Origin: a virus
Lineage: Duplodnaviria > Caudoviricetes
Length of the DNA stretch: 43,506 nucleotides
Virus record (IMG/VR): IMGVR_UViG_3300025018_000242
Location: 1-43,506 of that record
Direction: 5' to 3' (one strand)
The position numbers and the translations under genes are program-made. Shown piece by piece: positions 38,361-43,506 of the stretch (position 1 is the first letter of the stretch; each line of letters starts with the position of its first letter). The notes under the pieces were generated by a model. That model was given only the letters and a program-made list of their open reading frames with translations, was not told the DNA's origin and made no database searches.

Positions 38361-39008
38361 CTAGTTATTTTGATTGCCGGATTGCTTAATGGCCTTCAGT
38401 CTAGCTAACAACTGCGCGTTTTTATTTAGCGGTGCCTTATCAGCAGGTGCCTTATCTGCGGGCTTATCAGCTTCTTTTTTCATTCGCATAGTTTTGTCGA
38501 ATGGGTCGTTTGCCTCATTACTTTCACTAGCTGCATTACCTGTTGTAACCCCGGTGGCTTTAGCAAATGCCTCAATTGAACTTGGGACCGCGGCCTCTTT
38601 ACTTTTAAAGCCCATTGCCGATCTAAGTGCGGCTTGCAATGCCGGGTCTTTCATTAGCTTATTGGCTGGTGATTTAGCTGCCTTAACCGCCTTCTCTTTT
38701 TTGGTAGTTTGTTTAACTTCAAACTTCTCTTTAGTTAGCCGAATGAAACGAATTATATTCCTAACATCTTCGCTAATAAGTATTGAGTCAAGCTTCGGGT
38801 TTTTCTGCAATAATTCCATTGTCCTAGACACACACAAGCGTGCCTTGGTTAAATCTTCTTCCTCATAGTCATTGTATTCATCTGAAATTAACAGTTTATC
38901 CAGCAGGTCCAAGCCCTTTCGAGTAGTATCTTCCAACAACTCGGCCTCGGCTGGCTCATTAGTCTCATTCATAGCAAATTCTTCTAAACTTTGCGGTGCG
39001 TCACTCAT
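38361..39008 (-). CDS. Hypothetical protein (acidic N-terminus, K/A-rich C-terminus)
   Basis: AGGAG SD; operon context. Confidence 0.7.
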   Translation of the reverse strand: MSDAPQSLEEFAMNETNEPAEAELLEDTTRKGLDLLDKLLISDEYNDYEEEDLTKARLCVSRTMELLQKNPKLDSILISEDVRNIIRFIRLTKEKFEVKQTTKKEKAVKAAKSPANKLMKDPALQAALRSAMGFKSKEAAVPSSIEAFAKATGVTTGNAASESNEANDPFDKTMRMKKEADKPADKAPADKAPLNKNAQLLARLKAIKQSGNQNN

Positions 39009-39399
39009 TTGTTTCTCCTGCGTTAAGATAGGTAGTGTCTAGTGCCCTCATAATAGCTAGGTTCAGTTTGTGCTTTTTAGTGCGGACATAATTGAAACGC
39101 AAAGCTGCCCTAGCATCCCCTAGTGTAGCAATTTCTTTACTGCATTTGAGAGAGAATTGTTTAATTCGCAGTTTTTGCAGCCCGGGGTTATTAGACTCGT
39201 CCACAATTTTTGCGCGGGCTTTCGCTAACGCAACCTTTAGTCTTTGCTCAATTGTATCGCTTTGCGCCACGGTAACTATTACCCAGACCGGGGCGTTAGC
39301 TTTCTGCCGAAACGCCCAAAGCATTTGCTCTAGCGTTTGCTGCGCGGTCATGCCATGCCGCACGGTGTCTATTATATAAGATGTTCCATCATGATACAT
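39001..39399 (-). CDS. Hypothetical basic protein
   Basis: Operon context; 8-nt overlap with the next gene. Confidence 0.6.
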   Translation of the reverse strand: MYHDGTSYIIDTVRHGMTAQQTLEQMLWAFRQKANAPVWVIVTVAQSDTIEQRLKVALAKARAKIVDESNNPGLQKLRIKQFSLKCSKEIATLGDARAALRFNYVRTKKHKLNLAIMRALDTTYLNAGETNE

Positions 39400-39422
39400 C
39401 GGCGGCTACCTTAGTTAAGTTA

Positions 39423-39499
39423 TGGTGCGTGATATGGGATTTGAACCCATACTTTACAGATTTTAAGTCTGTTGCCTCTGCCAGTTGGGCTAATCACGC
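39423..39499 (-). tRNA. tRNA-Leu(UAA), 77 nt, encoded CCA, short variable loop
   Basis: Acceptor GCGTGAT/ATCACGC, anticodon arm ACAGA-CTTAAAA-TCTGT, T arm ATGGG-TTCAAAT-CCCAT, discriminator A plus CCA. Confidence 0.93.
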
Positions 39500-39535
39500 T
39501 TAGTTTTTGCCTTAAACTTAGTTCTTGCCTTAAAC

Positions 39536-39805
39536 TTAGTTCTTGCTTAGTTCTTGCTCAATCTGGATTTTGACGGTTTCAGTTATCGCCTTTTCCACGA
39601 TTGCCCCTACTGCCCAAGCGGCCAGCATACCAGCGACTATTAATGCCGCAATAACCGCATATGCTGCAACTGGATAGTCACGTTCAAACTCCAAAGTCTC
39701 GAAGTGACCTGACATACGGCCTAGTTTATACCGCTCACGCTCCTGATCGGTCTGATCGGTCTGATCGGTCTGATCGTTTTTATTAGTCTGATGATACTTA
39801 ACCAT
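39536..39805 (-). CDS. Small membrane protein (start revised from 39856)
   Basis: One TM segment (VAAYAVIAALIVAGMLAAWAVGAIV); DQT repeat. Confidence 0.6.
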   Translation of the reverse strand: MVKYHQTNKNDQTDQTDQTDQERERYKLGRMSGHFETLEFERDYPVAAYAVIAALIVAGMLAAWAVGAIVEKAITETVKIQIEQELSKN

Positions 39806-39809
39806 GCTA

Positions 39810-40436
39810 CTAAAACCCCCAGTTTTCGGCGCAGACCGGGCCAATCCCGGCTTCAATTGACGTAGGATCGGTCAATACTCTACCGCAGCAGGAACATATG
39901 CCAAAGCGTTTACCGTAACTAACTGCGGCCTTAGATAAATCCCCTTGGATTTCCTTTAGTTCATTAGTAATAACCGCTATGCGCGCATGGTTTACATTGC
40001 TTACTGCAACGAACAAGCTGTTTACAATTTTGCCGTAGTAAACTTTATCTTCTGTGCCTAGCACATAAATAATCGGGTTTGCAACAGTGGAATGTTTCGC
40101 GCTTTTTAGTGTAATTATGCTGGTTATTATTTTAACGCCTTTAAGCTGGCCTTGCTTTTCTAAAGCTTTAGAGAATTTAGCCGTAAGTTTTTCGAACCCC
40201 TCGGTTTCCTCCAAAAGAACTGCGTCATTCTCTTTTAACGCGCGCTCGGCTATTATATTATTTGCTACCTCGATTTGCCGAGTAGACAGTTTACGGCCTT
40301 TAGTATGCTGTTCGATTAGTGACGCCAAGAAATTGATCTTTTTGTCTAGCCCCTTTTGTTGAATAGTCTCAATTAGTTTTTTAGCGGTTTCGTTAGCGGT
40401 TTCGTTAGTGGTTTCGTTAGAATTATACATAATCAT
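39810..40436 (-). CDS. DUF6011-type zinc-ribbon protein
   Basis: C-terminal CSCCGRVLTDPTSIEAGIGPVC signature. Confidence 0.8.
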   Translation of the reverse strand: MIMYNSNETTNETANETAKKLIETIQQKGLDKKINFLASLIEQHTKGRKLSTRQIEVANNIIAERALKENDAVLLEETEGFEKLTAKFSKALEKQGQLKGVKIITSIITLKSAKHSTVANPIIYVLGTEDKVYYGKIVNSLFVAVSNVNHARIAVITNELKEIQGDLSKAAVSYGKRFGICSCCGRVLTDPTSIEAGIGPVCAENWGF

Positions 40437-42340
40437 GCTACTTCTCCTTTGTTTTCCAAGAACGCACGATACCTTTGGATTTTCTCCTCTAGTGTATCGC
40501 CTTTAATCCTCTGTTTTGCCAGAGCATAGCGTAGTCCATACTCTGTTGACAGAAGAATAACCCGGCGGCTGGCCCGTGTCCATGCAGTATATAGAAACTC
40601 TCTGGACAATTGAAACTTAACAGCGTCATGGCAAATGATTATAACGGTTTCATGCTGCGAACCTTGCGCTGTCCCAACTGTTGTTACATAGGCTAATTGC
40701 AATGATGAAACCTGCGCTTGGGAAACCATATCCCGCCGCTTTCCATTTTCAAATTCGACTACAACGGTGTGTGAGGCCGGCCCCGCCATGCGTTGATTTT
40801 CATCATTCAATTTAGTTTGCTCGACGATTTGGCGCCATTTATCATCACTAATTGAAAGCGCCTTTAGCTCTTTAATCTCGCCTTCAATATCAAGCTTAGC
40901 CTTCCGAGCAATCGCAGTATCTGATTTATCAGCCCGGCGATGCAATGAGGCACTAATGCGTTTACGCTTTTCAGCCTTAACTTCATTTAGTTTACCCACT
41001 AATGCCCAGTCGCCATCCCATGCTAAATTGCGGCGGATTTCCACAACTCGGCCAAGCATCCCATTAGTTACCCTATCTTTAATGGCAGGTGACTCGTTCT
41101 TTTTCGCCATTACTCTAAAGCCTACCGCCAACACCTTTTCACTGTCTTGAAAACCGGCATTGATTAGAATTTCCGGGTGTTCTTCGGTAGGTGGGTCAAA
41201 GTATGGCGCAAGCGCACAATTTAGAGAATACTGTTGAATACCTGCGCCTTTGCTATCAGGTTCCCAACCGTTGCCTGCGGTAATTACCCTGTCTCTATGC
41301 GGATCATAAATGCGATCACCCCCCGGTGTCACTACTTTAGACAGGTGCGACAGTATACTAACTACTTCCTTTGCCGCTATGTTTGAATTAGAGTTTAATG
41401 TGAAATTCGTGCAAGCCCAATCGCCCTCTTTATCAGGCAATTGAAATTCCACCTCATTCCCGCGCAGAATATTGTGCGCGCCCTCAATAATAATTTGCGC
41501 TGCATCGCTTGATTGCCTATGGATAGTTTTCAATTCAGCGACATTAAACTCTGAAAGCATAAAACCGAAAGCCGATGAACCCCCATAGGGCGGCAGTTGG
41601 TTTAAATCACCTACGGCAATGACACGGGCATTATACGGCAATGCTGCCTGTATTTCATCCCACAGTTGGGTTGAAACCATCGATGTTTCATCAATAAACA
41701 GGACTTTGCAGGTTAGTTTATTGAACATATCGCGCCTTGGAATGAAGTAACGTGGGTCATCCGATGCGCCGTCATTCGGGGCGTATTCCAGTAGCGAATG
41801 AATTGTTCCGCATTTCGCTCTAAGCCATTCTGGCAGGCTTTTCTTAATTACATGGGCCGCCGTGCCAGTGAAAGAGCAAAACTCGATATCGTTTATTGAT
41901 CTAATAACCGGCTCGGTTCCATCATCAGGGAACATTAATTTGGCCACTAGATATTTCATTATGGTCGTTTTGCCGGTTCCTGCCGCTCCAATTAAACAGC
42001 CCCGATGGCTTGATTTTAGTTTATTGACCGCAGCTAATTGCGATGCGTCCGGTTGAAAGCCAATAGGGGCTAGTCCAGATGTTTCAAGCGTTTTAGGAAA
42101 GCCAAATTTGCCAACGACTACAGGTGCAGGTGCAGCAGTCGCAGGTGCAGGTGTAATAGCAGTAATTTCATTTACATCCACATTTTCATTAGCTTTTGTG
42201 CCGGCAACTGCGCTTACATCAGGGCGCGAGGCTTTAGTTAATTTAGCCTCTCTTTGCTCTCTAATATTCTGCAATTTTTTCAATACACTTGCGGTATCGA
42301 TCGGCAGTCTACTTCTTGCGAACTTTCTATCAATGCCCAT
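40433..42340 (-). CDS. RecD/Dda-like SF1B helicase
   Basis: GAAGTGKTT, DETSMV, GDLNQLPP, HRQ, AQGSQ and LYTAWTRA motifs. Confidence 0.92.
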   Translation of the reverse strand: MGIDRKFARSRLPIDTASVLKKLQNIREQREAKLTKASRPDVSAVAGTKANENVDVNEITAITPAPATAAPAPVVVGKFGFPKTLETSGLAPIGFQPDASQLAAVNKLKSSHRGCLIGAAGTGKTTIMKYLVAKLMFPDDGTEPVIRSINDIEFCSFTGTAAHVIKKSLPEWLRAKCGTIHSLLEYAPNDGASDDPRYFIPRRDMFNKLTCKVLFIDETSMVSTQLWDEIQAALPYNARVIAVGDLNQLPPYGGSSAFGFMLSEFNVAELKTIHRQSSDAAQIIIEGAHNILRGNEVEFQLPDKEGDWACTNFTLNSNSNIAAKEVVSILSHLSKVVTPGGDRIYDPHRDRVITAGNGWEPDSKGAGIQQYSLNCALAPYFDPPTEEHPEILINAGFQDSEKVLAVGFRVMAKKNESPAIKDRVTNGMLGRVVEIRRNLAWDGDWALVGKLNEVKAEKRKRISASLHRRADKSDTAIARKAKLDIEGEIKELKALSISDDKWRQIVEQTKLNDENQRMAGPASHTVVVEFENGKRRDMVSQAQVSSLQLAYVTTVGTAQGSQHETVIIICHDAVKFQLSREFLYTAWTRASRRVILLSTEYGLRYALAKQRIKGDTLEEKIQRYRAFLENKGEVA

Positions 42341-43422
42341 TACATTACATCCTTCTTATTGGCGGCGGCTTTTTGCGCGGCTTTTTGCATTGCAGCTTTC
42401 ATTGCCTCTTTCATTGCCTCTTTCATTTTTATAATGTCATCATTTTTAGCTGAAAGATTGAGAGCCAATTTGCCATTTTTCTGTTTGAAGATTTCATTTG
42501 ACTTTGCATTAACCGGCTTGTCTTTAGCTGGCTTTGCATGTTTTCGGCCAGCTTGGTTTCGGCCAGCCTTAAATGATTTGATTTTTTCACTTTTGACACT
42601 TTCCCAACGGAAATTTTCGCTATCATCTTTTGCCCGTGTGCCATCTATTTCTTTAGCAATAGCGTAGGACACATAATCCCTGTGGTAATTAATTGCACTA
42701 GGCAGGCAATTATCTTTAAGTTTTGCGGCACGGACTACTTCAAAAAATTCCCAGATTGCATTGATTAGCGCTTGCGTCGCGCCATCTTCTATTGCTTGAA
42801 ACACTTGAAGTTTTAAACTATTTGCCTTGCTTTTCCAGACCGGCTGATTTGCAATTTCAGTTATTCCATACTTAGCATCCAACACGGCCAAACCTTGCAC
42901 TAGCCCGGCCAAATCGGCAATTTCAATGCCATCGATTGAAAGCCACAATTCAAGTAGCAGTTTATTGTGGGCTATGACTTGATCTAAGCTATTTATCGGG
43001 CGTGCTATAAATCGGATCAAATAAAAGGCGAGCAATTCTTGCAGCCCTTGCTGATCTTTAATCTTAGTTAATGCCGTAAGGCTTTTCTCTTCTAACACAT
43101 GGCCGATTATTGCTGAATGAGTGCGTTGAAACGCGGCAATATAGAAATGCCGTTCCCACAACTCAATAAGATCCTCGCTGTTTTTAGAATGTTTAAGCTT
43201 GACCATAAGCCGCAAGCTATCAAACAGTTGGTTTTCCAGCAATCTAGCTACCGGCCGCCCCGTGGCGTTGCAATGGATCAGATCCATTTTCAAATCTTTA
43301 ATGGTCTCAATTGCATTTTCCACAATTTCAGTTACAGACAATAGTGTAAATGGTGCAGTCGGTGCAGTCGGTGCAGTCGGTGCAGTTGATTTGATCGACT
43401 CTATTAGTGGTGATTTTGTCAT
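42340..43422 (-). CDS. Hypothetical protein, first gene of the replication arm (360 aa, basic C-terminus)
   Basis: AAGGA SD; TAATG coupling to the helicase. Confidence 0.75.
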   Translation of the reverse strand: MTKSPLIESIKSTAPTAPTAPTAPFTLLSVTEIVENAIETIKDLKMDLIHCNATGRPVARLLENQLFDSLRLMVKLKHSKNSEDLIELWERHFYIAAFQRTHSAIIGHVLEEKSLTALTKIKDQQGLQELLAFYLIRFIARPINSLDQVIAHNKLLLELWLSIDGIEIADLAGLVQGLAVLDAKYGITEIANQPVWKSKANSLKLQVFQAIEDGATQALINAIWEFFEVVRAAKLKDNCLPSAINYHRDYVSYAIAKEIDGTRAKDDSENFRWESVKSEKIKSFKAGRNQAGRKHAKPAKDKPVNAKSNEIFKQKNGKLALNLSAKNDDIIKMKEAMKEAMKAAMQKAAQKAAANKKDVM

Positions 43423-43506
43423 TTTAGTGTTTCCTTGTGTTATACTGGATTGATCTTTGGTAGGTAGTGTTTGGTGTTTCGTTATTAGTGTTTCGCGTTC
43501 TTTGTT

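Larger units (their letters stand above)
1..43506. mobile_element. Tailed dsDNA bacteriophage genome (podovirus-type, probably lytic), apparently near-complete
   Basis: Terminase, portal, capsid, nozzle, ejection proteins, lysis cassette and PolA replication module in two convergent arms. No tape measure, sheath, integrase or host genes recognised. Confidence 0.95.

Noticed and set aside
39423-39499. tRNA as a prophage attachment site
   Set aside because: No integrase or duplicated tRNA 3' end; the tRNA sits within a phage operon.
1-43506. Stop-codon reassignment, or GANTC/CTAG site bias
   Set aside because: Genes are full length in code 11, and I cannot count site frequencies reliably by eye.

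Overview
The window looks like an essentially complete ~43.5 kb genome of a short-tailed (podovirus-type) dsDNA phage. It is probably lytic (no integrase or repressor seen), relies on host sigma70 RNA polymerase (no phage RNAP) and infects a Gram-negative host (spanins); an alphaproteobacterial host is only an inference. The + strand carries three small early genes with their own promoters (463-2317). It then carries the late arm: terminases, portal, scaffold, SU10-type major capsid, adaptor, a lysis cassette (M15 endolysin, holin, overlapping spanins), a virion lysozyme, several tail appendage genes, nozzle and ejection proteins (2766-28862). The - strand (28894-43422) carries the replication/recombination arm: RecD-like helicase, DUF6011-type protein, tRNA-Leu(UAA), Cas4-like exonuclease, Sak4-like ATPase, SSB, a UDG-like ORF split from family A DNA polymerase, a P-loop kinase, a degenerate DUF3987-like protein and an HTH/Zn-finger protein. 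Most notable: (1) a shared N-terminal docking motif, single in a trimeric tail fibre and a 65-aa mini-fibre but triplicated at exact 35-aa spacing in a lectin-like adhesin, suggesting a single-chain trimer mimic; (2) a two-hairpin RNA after the capsid gene with anti-Shine-Dalgarno-like loops; (3) a short-variable-arm tRNA-Leu(UAA) alongside TTA-free first early genes and TTA-rich late genes; (4) a polymerase with His at the 762-equivalent position and no clean AUG start, next to two apparent pseudo-enzymes; (5) genome-wide short tandem duplications, often across stop codons. Family assignments come from motif recognition only; no database search was run.
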